Numbered from the stretch's first letter, positions 18,690 through 27,624 are shown. The stretch is DNA of 32,000 bases from Pseudomonas aeruginosa (GCF_001457615.1 NZ_LN831024.1:5160001-5192000); one strand, 5' to 3'. Numbers and translations: made by a program. The notes: a model not told the origin generated them from the sequence alone.

Positions 18690-19178
18690 TTACGGGTTGA
18701 CTACGAAGGCCGGGGTCGGCTTCACGCTCAGGCTGTTGATCTTGCAGTTGCCTGCCAGCGACTGATTGCTGGCGCTGAGGGTATTGGTGGCGTTGCTCCA
18801 GGAACCGTTGACGGTGCTCGGGCCACAGGTAGAGGAGAGAATCTTGAAGCCGACGCCATCGACCTTGCCGGCAGTGGTGCTGGAAACGGTCAGCTTCCAC
18901 GGCAGGCCGGTCATCTGCGGCACGCTGCACAGGGTGTTGCTGCCGCTGACGGTGACGCTGTCGATCGAGGCATAGGAACCATCGGCGGCGGTCTTGCCCT
19001 TGAAGGTGATGTTGCAGGTCACTGGCAGATTGAGCGACGCCGGCGAGCTCACGCTGATGGTGCCAGGTGCGGTGAAGGCCGAGTTGACCGGGGTGATGGT
19101 GGCCGCGCTGGCCATGGACGAAACGCTCAGGCAGAGAGCAAGAGCAGCAAAGGACGGCAGGGACTTGATGGATTTCAT
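18690..19178 (-). CDS. pra: secreted protein activator of alkane oxidation (PraA-like), 162 aa
   Basis: Start at MKSIKSLPSFAALALCLSVSSMASA|ATITP (Sec signal peptide) with GGAAGGA upstream. It is Ser/Thr/Asn-rich with four Cys. I recognise the sequence and its position between the FadL-like gene and the ABC pump as P. aeruginosa pra. The upstream part of the 275-aa track ORF is non-coding. Confidence 0.85.
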   Translation of the reverse strand: MKSIKSLPSFAALALCLSVSSMASAATITPVNSAFTAPGTISVSSPASLNLPVTCNITFKGKTAADGSYASIDSVTVSGSNTLCSVPQMTGLPWKLTVSSTTAGKVDGVGFKILSSTCGPSTVNGSWSNATNTLSASNQSLAGNCKINSLSVKPTPAFVVNP

Positions 19179-19774
19179 TGTTTTGTATCCTTCCAGTGAG
19201 TTGGCAACGCTCGCGGTTGCCGAGCCTTGATCATGCGGCAGGATCGTCGCCGACCCGCCCCCACGACCACCTTGTGCCTTCCCGTCCGATCCACCTGCCA
19301 GGCGAACCACACCACCCGCCTTGGCCGTGCGTACCGGGATCGGGAGAGGCTTTACCTCATGAGTCCTATCCGGTGCCGACGCTGACGGTCCCCACGACGA
19401 GCCGGGACAGACCGGATATCGGAAAGATCCGATAGGGTTTGCCAACCCGCCGCGCCTCGAGATGCCCACCTGGCCGAACTCCGCGAACGCAGGCCTGACA
19501 GGGCTGGCAATCACCACGAAGGGGCAGTGGACCAGTCAACGACGGGAGCCAGAGTACGGTCAGCGCGGCTCTGGAAAAGCCTAGCGAAAGAAGGGGGTTG
19601 CCCCTCCGAAGGAAGGTCGGTGAATGCCGTGGAGGGCGGACGAAGCGTCGTCGCGAAGGAATCCTGATACCTCTGTCAACATCCGCGTCGGGAAGAAACG
19701 CACCATGACGGGGCGTACCTACCAGAATTGGCAGCTCGCGAAGCCACCCAGCCAACCCAAAGTTAGGTTGCCAA

Positions 19775-21052
19775 CTATCGGTCGGATGAGGACGGCACGC
19801 GAACGAGACCCGGCTGCAACTCGAACACCTCCACGCCCTCCGGCGTGGAGCGTCCGATCTTGACCTGTTGCGCCATCACGCTGGCGCCGGGAGCCTGGCG
19901 AAAGTCCACGAACAGCCGGTCACCCTCGTGGCGTATCGCCTCCGGCGGCACGACGATGGCCTGTTCTTTGCGATAGGTGGTGACCGTCAGCTTGGCGCTC
20001 ATTCCCAGACGAATCTTCTGCAACTGGCGGGGATCAAGCGGCGCTACCGACACCGTCACCTCGAACTGCGGGCTGCCTCCCTGGGCCATGCCGGGCAGAG
20101 CCTGACCACCGAGGGCGGCGATGACGCCCGCCAGCGTGGTGCCCTCGAAGCCGTCGCCACTGATTTCCACCGCCTGCCCTTCGCGCAACTGGTTGATATC
20201 CAGTTCGGAAACCTTCGCAGATACCTTCAGCCGCTCGACGCTGGCCAGGCCGAACAACGCCTGGCCCTGCCCCAGCTTGCTACCGGCCTGCACCGGTTCG
20301 CGGCTGCCCTGCTCGCCAGCCAGGCCGGGCGCCGCGACGACGATACCGGCAAAGGGCGCGCGCACCGTACGGCCATCCAGCTGGGCCTGCAGCGTCTCGT
20401 ATTTCACGCTGGCGTTGGCCAGGTCCATTTCGGCGATCTGGCGATTCTCGCCCTGCCCCTTGGCGCGGGTCGACTCCACTTCCCGCCGGGCCGCCTCCAG
20501 GTCCATGCGCTGCTGGCTGGCCTGTTGTTCGAGATCGTCGAGTTCGTTGCGCGGGACGATCCCGCGCTGGAACAGCTCGCGGGTCTCGCGCAACTTGCGC
20601 TCGGTGCTGCTCTGCGCCAGCTGCGCGCTGCGCAGGGCACGACGGACCCGCGCCATGTCCTCGCCACGCTCCCAGTCGCGCAGGTCCTGCAGGGTGCGAC
20701 GGGCCTTGAGCAACGCCGACTGTGCCTCGCGCACCTGCACGGCGATCTCGCGGGTGTCCATGCGCAGCAGCTCCTGTCCTTCCGCGACCCGCTGTCCCGG
20801 CTCCACCAGCAGCGCCTCGACATTGCCGGCGAAGGGCGCCGCCAGGGTCACCACGCGCCCCGGTTCCAGGCGTCCGACCAGGCCGATCTGATGCACCAGC
20901 GGGGCCGCCCGTACGGCGACCCAGCGCTCCCCTTCCGTGCGTTTCGCGGTGCCGCCGGCGAGGACCAGCCAGGCCAGCGCCGCGACAACCGCCAGGCCGG
21001 CGGCGAGCGACAATGCCGGCCGGCGCAGGAAGGAAAACCGGTCAGTGGTCAT
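19775..21052 (-). CDS. HlyD/MacA-type periplasmic adaptor (membrane fusion protein)
   Basis: 425 aa. It has an N-terminal TM anchor (LSLAAGLAVVAALAWLVL), a lipoyl/barrel-sandwich region, a long coiled-coil hairpin (REAQSALLKARRTLQDL...LEAARREVES), and a C-terminal beta-barrel domain. Its start overlaps the upstream OMF gene by 11 nt. Confidence 0.9.
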   Translation of the reverse strand: MTTDRFSFLRRPALSLAAGLAVVAALAWLVLAGGTAKRTEGERWVAVRAAPLVHQIGLVGRLEPGRVVTLAAPFAGNVEALLVEPGQRVAEGQELLRMDTREIAVQVREAQSALLKARRTLQDLRDWERGEDMARVRRALRSAQLAQSSTERKLRETRELFQRGIVPRNELDDLEQQASQQRMDLEAARREVESTRAKGQGENRQIAEMDLANASVKYETLQAQLDGRTVRAPFAGIVVAAPGLAGEQGSREPVQAGSKLGQGQALFGLASVERLKVSAKVSELDINQLREGQAVEISGDGFEGTTLAGVIAALGGQALPGMAQGGSPQFEVTVSVAPLDPRQLQKIRLGMSAKLTVTTYRKEQAIVVPPEAIRHEGDRLFVDFRQAPGASVMAQQVKIGRSTPEGVEVFELQPGLVRVPSSSDR

Positions 21053-22523
21053 TGAGCGAAATCTCCCAGCTATCCAGGGTCATGCCGACGATCAGGTCGA
21101 GCTGCGTCTGCGCATTGAGAAACGAGATCAGGGCATTCAATTGGGTGTTCTCGACGTTGCGCAGGTCGGTCTCGAAGCTCAGCACCTGGAAGTTGCTCGA
21201 ACGCCCGACGCGCAGCTTTTCCCGTTCGATCTCCAGCTTGCGCCGCGACAACGCGGTGGCGCGCTGGGCGATCTGGTACTGGCGCCAGCGCGTGCCGAGG
21301 TCGCGCACCGCATCGATGACGTTCTGCTCCAGGGTCTGCCGGGCATCCTCGATCAGGATCTTCTGGTTCTCTACGTCGACCTGGGCGCGCACCTCGGCCT
21401 GCCGGCGGCTGAGGTCGCCGATGGGAATTTCCACCTGTACCCCGGCGTAGCTGTCCCAGCTGCGTGAATTGTCGCCACCGCCCTCGCTGTAGCGGTCGCG
21501 GATCTGGCTGGCGCCGCCCACCAGCGAGACATCCCACAGGCGCTGGTTCTTCGCCAGCACCAGGTTGAGGTCGGCCTGGCGACTGCCGATCAGGCGTTGC
21601 AGGTATTCCGGTTGCTGCTGCAGGGCGGTCCTGATCGCCTGCTGGCGGTCGACCTCGATCGGCGTGGCGGCCAGCGCATCGCTGGCGCGGATTTGCGTCG
21701 ACAGGTCCAGCGCCAGCAGTTGCAGCAGGGCCAGGCGTGCGCTGTCGACCTGGTTGGTGGACTCCTCGACATTGAGCTCCTGGCTGGCGACGTCGGCCTC
21801 GGTCTGCACGATCTCGAATTCGGCCATTCGCCCGGCGCGGATCATCGCCCGGTTGACCTCGAGCAGCTCCTGGGTCCGCGCCAGGGCTTCGCGAGCGATG
21901 CGCGCCTGCTCCTGGGCGCGCAGCAGCTCCCGGTAGGCGCCGATGACCTGGCTGATGGTCTGCGACACGCTGGCCTTGAGTTGCAGGCGATTGGCGTCTT
22001 CGGAGAGACGTGCCAGGCGCAGCGGCGCGGTGGTGACGTCCCAGCCCGCATCGCGCAGCAACGGCTGGACGACGGTCAGGTCGAGGCCATCGCTGCGGTA
22101 GCGCCCGGCCTCGTCGGCGGTGCGGAACTGCTTGACCCAGGCCAGGCTGAAGCGAGTGCCATATTCGCCAAGCAGGGTCGCGGTGGGCGAGACATTGCTG
22201 GTCCTCGTGCGGTCTTCGGTGGCGCGGTTGGCGCGATAGTCGCCGCGCACCACCAGCTTCGGGTTGAAGGCGTCGGCGGCGACGCGCAGGTCGAACTTCT
22301 GCGCGATCCGTTGCAGGTAGGCGCTACGGATTCCACGGTTGTTGCGCAGGCCAAGATAGACCGCGTCGCTCAGGCTGAGGTCGATCACCTGCTCGCTGAG
22401 CAGCACCGACCTGCCCTGCTCGCGGGCCATGCTCGGTACGTCCGGACTCAGCGCCGGGTTGACGCTGGCCGCCACCGGAAGAGCGGTGACCAGCCACAGC
22501 ACGCCCAGGCCCCACCTATTCAT
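21042..22523 (-). CDS. TolC-family outer-membrane efflux factor
   Basis: 493 aa with a signal peptide (LVTALPVAAS). It shows the duplicated TolC-like repeat architecture with long helical segments. It is embedded between the permease and adaptor genes with overlapping stop/start codons. Confidence 0.9.
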   Translation of the reverse strand: MNRWGLGVLWLVTALPVAASVNPALSPDVPSMAREQGRSVLLSEQVIDLSLSDAVYLGLRNNRGIRSAYLQRIAQKFDLRVAADAFNPKLVVRGDYRANRATEDRTRTSNVSPTATLLGEYGTRFSLAWVKQFRTADEAGRYRSDGLDLTVVQPLLRDAGWDVTTAPLRLARLSEDANRLQLKASVSQTISQVIGAYRELLRAQEQARIAREALARTQELLEVNRAMIRAGRMAEFEIVQTEADVASQELNVEESTNQVDSARLALLQLLALDLSTQIRASDALAATPIEVDRQQAIRTALQQQPEYLQRLIGSRQADLNLVLAKNQRLWDVSLVGGASQIRDRYSEGGGDNSRSWDSYAGVQVEIPIGDLSRRQAEVRAQVDVENQKILIEDARQTLEQNVIDAVRDLGTRWRQYQIAQRATALSRRKLEIEREKLRVGRSSNFQVLSFETDLRNVENTQLNALISFLNAQTQLDLIVGMTLDSWEISLNDH

Positions 22524-23709
22524 CGCGCAGCGCCTCGACCGGTTGCAGGCGAGCCGCCGAGACCGCCGGATAGAGCCCGAAGAACAGCCCCACCAGCAGG
22601 GTACTGCCCATCCCCAGCGGCAGGGCCGCGTAGGCCAGGGAGAAGGTCCAGCCGGAGAACCTGGCGTAGAGATACGCAGCCGCCACGCCGAGCACCGCGC
22701 CCGAGAGCGCGCCCGCGGCGGTCAGGGTCACCGCCTCGATCAGGAACAGGTTGCGGATGTCCCGCTGGCGCGCGCCCAGCGCCATGCGCACGCCGATTTC
22801 CCGGCGGCGTTCGGCGACACTCATCAGCATCACGTTCATCACTCCGACGCCGCCGCCGAGCAGGGAGATGATCCCCAGTCCGGCCAGCAGGTAGGTGAAG
22901 GTCCGGGTCTGCCGCTTGAGTCCATCGAGCACCTGCTGCGAGACCTGGACCTGCGCCTCGTGACCGGGCAACCGCGCCGTCAGGGCCGCGCCCAGGGCCG
23001 CGCCGACGCTATAGACGTCCGCTCCCGGCGAGACCCGCGCCACCACATGGCTGACCTCGGCGGCCGGCTGCAGGCGCGGCATGCCCGGCGCCGGCACGAA
23101 CAGCGAGTCGTTGGCGGCGAACGGCAAGAGAGCGGCGCTGGCCTGCGGCTGGAGAATGCCGATCACGCGGAACAGATAGTCGTTGACCGTCAGTTGCTCG
23201 CCGAGGCGCAGCGGATCGCCGGGCGCCCCCAAGGCCTCGGCGATTGTCGCGCCCACCACCACGTAGGTGTCGTGATCGTCGAAGCGCGAGAGGAAACGTC
23301 CTTCGCGCAGCCGCAGCCTGGCGGCAGCCGCGAGCCCGGCGCTGGCGCCGACGATACTGGCGTTGCTGGTGCGTCCGTGAAAGGTCACCGGCGCCGAGTA
23401 CAGGCCCAGCGCCGCCAGGTGCTCCAGACCGGCCACGTCGCGGAGCAGCGGTTCGGTGTCGAGCGACGCCGGCATCGGCATCGGCGCCTGCGGGGCGAAC
23501 GGGAACTGCACCACCAGGGTGTCGGTGCCCATGTCCTTGAAGATGCTCATCGCTTCGTCGGTCGCGTTGCTGCCGATGTTCAGCATCGCGATCACCGATG
23601 AACAGCCCATGACGATACCCAGCAACGCCAGCAGCGAGCGGCGCCCCAGCCCGCGAAGACTGGCGAGGGCCTCGTGAAGCAATTGCCGGGGCGACGGGCT
23701 GGCGCTCAC
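22516..23709 (-). CDS. MacB/FtsX-type ABC transporter permease
   Basis: 397 aa. Architecture is an N-terminal TM, a large periplasmic domain, and a C-terminal FtsX 3-TM bundle (VAERRREIGVRMALGA...IR..F..E). The GTG start overlaps the ATPase stop (GTGA). Confidence 0.9.
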   Translation of the reverse strand: MSASPSPRQLLHEALASLRGLGRRSLLALLGIVMGCSSVIAMLNIGSNATDEAMSIFKDMGTDTLVVQFPFAPQAPMPMPASLDTEPLLRDVAGLEHLAALGLYSAPVTFHGRTSNASIVGASAGLAAAARLRLREGRFLSRFDDHDTYVVVGATIAEALGAPGDPLRLGEQLTVNDYLFRVIGILQPQASAALLPFAANDSLFVPAPGMPRLQPAAEVSHVVARVSPGADVYSVGAALGAALTARLPGHEAQVQVSQQVLDGLKRQTRTFTYLLAGLGIISLLGGGVGVMNVMLMSVAERRREIGVRMALGARQRDIRNLFLIEAVTLTAAGALSGAVLGVAAAYLYARFSGWTFSLAYAALPLGMGSTLLVGLFFGLYPAVSAARLQPVEALRDE

Positions 23710-24419
23710 CGGCAGGCCTCCGCCAGGTCCTCGTGCACCTCGCCATGCCGCACTGTCAGTTGGCGCCCGAGACGGGCGGCCAGGCTGGGATCATGGGTGA
23801 CCACCACCAGGGTCACCTGGCGCTCGCGGTTGAGGGTGAGGAGCAGCTCCAGCACTTCTTTCGCGGTGCTCGCGTCGAGGTTGCCGGTTGGTTCGTCGGC
23901 GAGGATCAGCGCCGGCTCGCCGACCAGCGCGCGAGCGATGGCGACGCGCTGCCGCTGGCCGCCGGAGAGGTCCGCCGGACGATGGCCGGCGCGCTCGGCC
24001 AGGCCGACCCGGGCGAGCATCGCCTCGGCCCGCTCCAATGCCTCGCGGCGCGGCATCCCTCGATAGCTCAGGGGCAGCGCGACGTTGTCCAGCGCGTTCA
24101 GCCGCGGCAACAGGTTGAAGCTCTGGAAGACGAAGCCGATCAGGCGGTTGCGGATCGCCGCCAGTCGGTCCCCGTCGACGCTGAAGATGTCGTGCTCGGC
24201 GAAGCGGTAGGCACCGCTGTCCGGGCGGTCGAGCAGGCCGAGGATATTCAGCAGGGTGCTCTTGCCCGAGCCCGACGCGCCGACGATCGCGCAGCTTTCT
24301 CCGGGAAAGATGTCCAGGCAGACGTCTTTCAGTATCTGCAGCGGCTGCCCCCCCAGGAGGTAGCCCTTGCCGATCCCCCGCAGGGAGATCAATGGTTCGT
24401 GCTTGTTTGTTGTTGGCAT
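23706..24419 (-). CDS. ABC transporter ATP-binding protein (MacB/LolD-type)
   Basis: Walker A GASGSGKST, Q-loop, signature LSGGQRQRVAIARAL, Walker B LILADEPTGNLD, and H-loop VVVTHD. ATG at 24419; a GTG alternative lies 2 codons upstream at 24425. Confidence 0.94.
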   Translation of the reverse strand: MPTTNKHEPLISLRGIGKGYLLGGQPLQILKDVCLDIFPGESCAIVGASGSGKSTLLNILGLLDRPDSGAYRFAEHDIFSVDGDRLAAIRNRLIGFVFQSFNLLPRLNALDNVALPLSYRGMPRREALERAEAMLARVGLAERAGHRPADLSGGQRQRVAIARALVGEPALILADEPTGNLDASTAKEVLELLLTLNRERQVTLVVVTHDPSLAARLGRQLTVRHGEVHEDLAEACR

Positions 24420-24849
24420 TCGCACCCGACCGCTCGCATCCCTTCAAGGCCCGCCCGGTCGTACCGCCGCAAGGCCGGCGATACAGGCCGAACGGCCATA
24501 CTGCTGATGATGGAGACAGCGCACAAGCCGCCACCACCGGCAACGCTACCCCGAGGCGCCAGCGCCGAGCGAAGGTAGCGGCTGGTCCGCCCGGCCAATG
24601 CCGGTACTCGATTCCGCCGGGCTTCGCCATATGGCGCGGCCTCTCCGGGCAGGCGGTATTGAGCGCACGGATCGGCTGCGCAGACCACTAGCAGAGCTGA
24701 TACCATCGCAGCCGTCGATGCACCCCCATCTTTAGTTAGGTGAAGGCTCAGGCATGCTGCGTGGGAGCCGCCCCCGGGTACCGCCGATGGAGGTGTCCCT
24801 GCGCAGTTCCCATGTTCCCCAGCGCATGGCTCGTTGAATTCCAGGCATG

Positions 24850-24882
24850 AAAAAACCGCCGGCCGGCAACGCCGGCGGGCGG
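24850..24882 (-). terminator. rho-independent terminator after ettA
   Basis: 12-bp GC-rich stem (CCGCCGGCCGGC / GCCGGCGGGCGG, one mismatch) with an AAC loop. It is followed on the minus strand by six T (the A run at 24850-24855) and starts 17 nt after the TAA stop. Confidence 0.8.
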
Positions 24883-24898
24883 TTTCTCGAGGGCGCGC

Positions 24899-26563
24899 TT
24901 ACGCCAGTTTCTTGTAGCGCACGCGGTGCGGCTGGGCCGCGGCGTCGCCCAGGCGCTTCTTGCGGTCCGCCTCGAACTCGGTGTAGTTGCCTTCGAAGAA
25001 GGTCACCTTGCCATCGTCCTCGTAGGAGAGGATGTGGGTGGCGATCCGGTCGAGGAACCAGCGGTCGTGGGAGATCACGATGGCGGAGCCGGGGAAGTCC
25101 AGCAGCGCCTCTTCCAGCGCACGCAGGGTTTCCACGTCGAGGTCGTTGGACGGTTCGTCGAGCAGCAGCACGTTGCCGCCCTGCTTCAGGGTCAGGGCCA
25201 GGTGCAGACGGCCACGCTCACCGCCGGAGAGGTCCTTGACGAACTTCTGCTGGTCGGCGCCCTTGAAGTTGAAGCGACCGACATAGCTGCGCGACGGGAC
25301 TTCGTAGTTGCCGATCTTGATCTGCTCGAAACCGTCGGAAACCTGCTCCCACACGGTCTTGTTGCCTTCCAGGCTGTCACGGCTCTGGTCGACGCTGGCG
25401 ATCTGCACGGTCTCGCCGATCTCGATGGTGCCGGAGTCCGGCTGCTCCTTGCCGGTAAGCATGCGGAACAGGGTCGACTTGCCCGCGCCGTTGCCGCCGA
25501 TCACACCGACGATGGCGCCCTTGGGAATGCTCAGGGACAGGTTGTCGATCAGCACGCGGTCGCCGTAGCCCTTGGTCACATTGTGCAGTTCGATGACCTT
25601 GTCGCCCAGGCGCGGACCGGCCGGGATGTAGATCTCGTTGGTCTCGCTGCGCTTCTGGAATTCCTGCGACTGCAGTTCCTCGAAGCGCTGCAGGCGCGCC
25701 TTGGACTTGGCCTGGCGGCCCTTGGCGCCCTGGCGTACCCACTCCAGCTCGGCCTTCATGGCCTTGGCGTGGGAGGCTTCCTGCTTGGCTTCCTGGGCCA
25801 GGCGGGCGGCCTTGGATTCCAGCCAGCCGGAGTAGTTGCCTTCGAACGGGATGCCATGGCCACGGTCGAGTTCGAGGATCCAGCCGGCGACGTTGTCGAG
25901 GAAGTAGCGGTCGTGGGTGATCGCCACCACAGTGCCGGGGAAGTCGTGCAGGAAATGCTCCAGCCAGGCCACCGAGTCGGCGTCCAGGTGGTTGGTCGGT
26001 TCGTCCAGCAGCAGCATGTCGGGAGCCGACAGCAGCAGACGGCACAGCGCTACGCGGCGCTTTTCGCCGCCGGACAGGTGCTCGACCTTGGCATCCCACG
26101 GCGGCAGGCGCAGGGCGTCGGCGGCGACTTCCAGCTGGCGTTCCAGGTTGTGTCCGTCGGATGCCTGCAGGATCGCCTCCAGCTTGGCCTGCTCGGCGGC
26201 CAGGGCGTCGAAGTCGGCATCCGGCTCGGCATAGGCGGCATAGACCTCGTCCAGCCGCGCCTGGGCCTGCTTGATCTGGCCGACGGCCTCTTCGACGATG
26301 TCGCGCACGGTGGCCTGCGGGTCCAGCTTGGGCTCCTGCGGCAGGTAGCCGACGTTGATCCCCGGCATCGGCCGGGCCTCGCCTTCGATCTCGGTGTCGA
26401 CGCCGGCCATGATCCGCAGCAGGGTGGACTTGCCCGCGCCGTTCAGGCCGAGCACGCCGATCTTGGCGCCGGGGAAGAACGACAGGGAGATGTCCTTGAG
26501 GATTTCACGCTTGGGCGGAACGATCTTGCCGACCCGATGCATGGTGTAGACGTACTGAGCCAA
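24899..26563 (-). CDS. ettA: energy-dependent translational throttle protein EttA (ABC-F)
   Basis: 554 aa. The N-terminus (M)AQYVYTMHRVGKIVPPKREILKDISLSFFPGAKIGVLGLNGAGKSTLLRIMAG matches EttA/YjjK. There are two ABC cassettes (LSGGEKRR, LSGGERGR) with no TM domain. The start is inferred as TTG at 26561-26563 with GAGGTG 6 nt upstream; the track ORF extends further upstream without support. Confidence 0.93.
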   Translation of the reverse strand: MAQYVYTMHRVGKIVPPKREILKDISLSFFPGAKIGVLGLNGAGKSTLLRIMAGVDTEIEGEARPMPGINVGYLPQEPKLDPQATVRDIVEEAVGQIKQAQARLDEVYAAYAEPDADFDALAAEQAKLEAILQASDGHNLERQLEVAADALRLPPWDAKVEHLSGGEKRRVALCRLLLSAPDMLLLDEPTNHLDADSVAWLEHFLHDFPGTVVAITHDRYFLDNVAGWILELDRGHGIPFEGNYSGWLESKAARLAQEAKQEASHAKAMKAELEWVRQGAKGRQAKSKARLQRFEELQSQEFQKRSETNEIYIPAGPRLGDKVIELHNVTKGYGDRVLIDNLSLSIPKGAIVGVIGGNGAGKSTLFRMLTGKEQPDSGTIEIGETVQIASVDQSRDSLEGNKTVWEQVSDGFEQIKIGNYEVPSRSYVGRFNFKGADQQKFVKDLSGGERGRLHLALTLKQGGNVLLLDEPSNDLDVETLRALEEALLDFPGSAIVISHDRWFLDRIATHILSYEDDGKVTFFEGNYTEFEADRKKRLGDAAAQPHRVRYKKLA

Positions 26564-26938
26564 AACGAGCACCTCATGAAGAAAAGGAAAAAAACTCGGC
26601 CAAGTATATGACAGACCGAGAGAAAGCTGGCCAGCCACCCCGGTTTTCGTGGGGCGGGGCGCTTCGCCGGCGAATGTTCGCCGTCCGATTCCAGGCCGCT
26701 ACGGTGACGCTGAGCAGCGTACTGGCCGCCTTTACCGTCTCCGCTACCCTCGTCCTGTCGAAAGCGTTCTGCCTGGGGGAGGCGGCGACCATCGCCCCGT
26801 GCGGGGTCTGGGTGGGCCTGGCACTGCTCGCGGCCATGGTGCTGCCGCTCAAGACCTGAAGCGAAGCAAGGCGTGGGGAGATCCAGCCTGCTACAATTGA
26901 TCCAAATCAGTCTCAAAAGAACAAAAAAAACCTCAAAA

Positions 26939-27574
26939 ATGACACTCGCTCCCAGATCCGCCCAGCTACCCGACTCCCCGCACAGGGACAGTCTCGACCC
27001 AGCGCCAACCCCGTCGTCTCAGGACCAGCGCCTGCTCAAGGCCCTGGCCACCGCGATGGTCAATCATCCGCGCGCCACCATGGGAGAACTGGCGGAACTG
27101 GCAGGAGTGAGCAGGGCAACCCTGAACCGTCATTGCGGTACCCGCGAAGGTCTCAAGCGGCGCCTGGAAAGCCATGCCAGGAGTACCCTCGAACGCCTCA
27201 CCCACAGCGCCGCCCTACAGCGGCTGGAGCCGCGGGAAGCGCTACGCGAGCTGATCCGGGAACACCTCGCCCAGCGCGACCTGCTGGCGCTGCTGATGTT
27301 CGAGCAGAACCCGGGACGCCAGGCCGGGCATGGGGACGCCAGTTGGCAGTCCTATGTCGAAGCCCTGGACGCCTTCTTCCTGCGCGGCCAGCAGAAGCGT
27401 GTGTTCCGTATCGATATCAGCGCGGCGACCTTCAGCGAACTCTTCATCGTCCTGATCTACGGCATGGTCGATGCCGAGCGCCGCGGTCGCGCGGCCAGCG
27501 CCGGGTTGTCCGCCACGCTGGAGGAGCTGTTCCTGCGTGGCGCGTCGAACCCCGCACAACCTGCCAGCCCTTGA
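26939..27574 (+). CDS. esrC: NfxB-like transcriptional repressor EsrC
   Basis: 211 aa from MTLAPRS. The HTH region PRATMGELAELAGVSRATLNRHCG and the C-terminal WQSY.EALDAFFLRGQQK.VFRID..AA.F.ELFI.L.YGMVDAERRGRAAS closely parallel NfxB as I remember it. It is located beside oprJ-mexD. There is no obvious SD sequence, only an A-rich leader. Confidence 0.85.
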   Translation: MTLAPRSAQLPDSPHRDSLDPAPTPSSQDQRLLKALATAMVNHPRATMGELAELAGVSRATLNRHCGTREGLKRRLESHARSTLERLTHSAALQRLEPREALRELIREHLAQRDLLALLMFEQNPGRQAGHGDASWQSYVEALDAFFLRGQQKRVFRIDISAATFSELFIVLIYGMVDAERRGRAASAGLSATLEELFLRGASNPAQPASP

Positions 27575-27596
27575 GCGGGCGGCAGTTGCCACCCGC
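27575..27596. terminator. possible hairpin terminator between convergent esrC and oprJ
   Basis: GCGGGCGG-CAGTTG-CCACCCGC forms 7 of 8 pairs, immediately after the esrC TGA. Only weak T tracts are present, so confidence is low. Confidence 0.35.
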
Positions 27597-27624
27597 TAGC
27601 ACCGTTTCCCACACGTTTACCCGC

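Noticed and set aside
19201-19221. TTGGCAACGCTCGCGGTTGCC resembling a sigma-54 TGGCA...TTGC element
   Set aside because: The spacing between the GG and GC dinucleotides is wrong (9 nt between the blocks rather than 5). It is on the strand opposite to pra. It is better explained as a 6-bp hairpin (GGCAAC/GTTGCC) in the pra 5' region.
19366-19755. 129-aa minus-strand ORF in the pra upstream gap
   Set aside because: The product is Arg/Pro/Gly-rich with no RBS, no signal or motif, and no convincing codon bias. I treated it as non-coding.
24926-26611. 561-aa plus-strand ORF
   Set aside because: It is antisense to ettA, whose two ABC cassettes are unmistakable. This is a shadow ORF.
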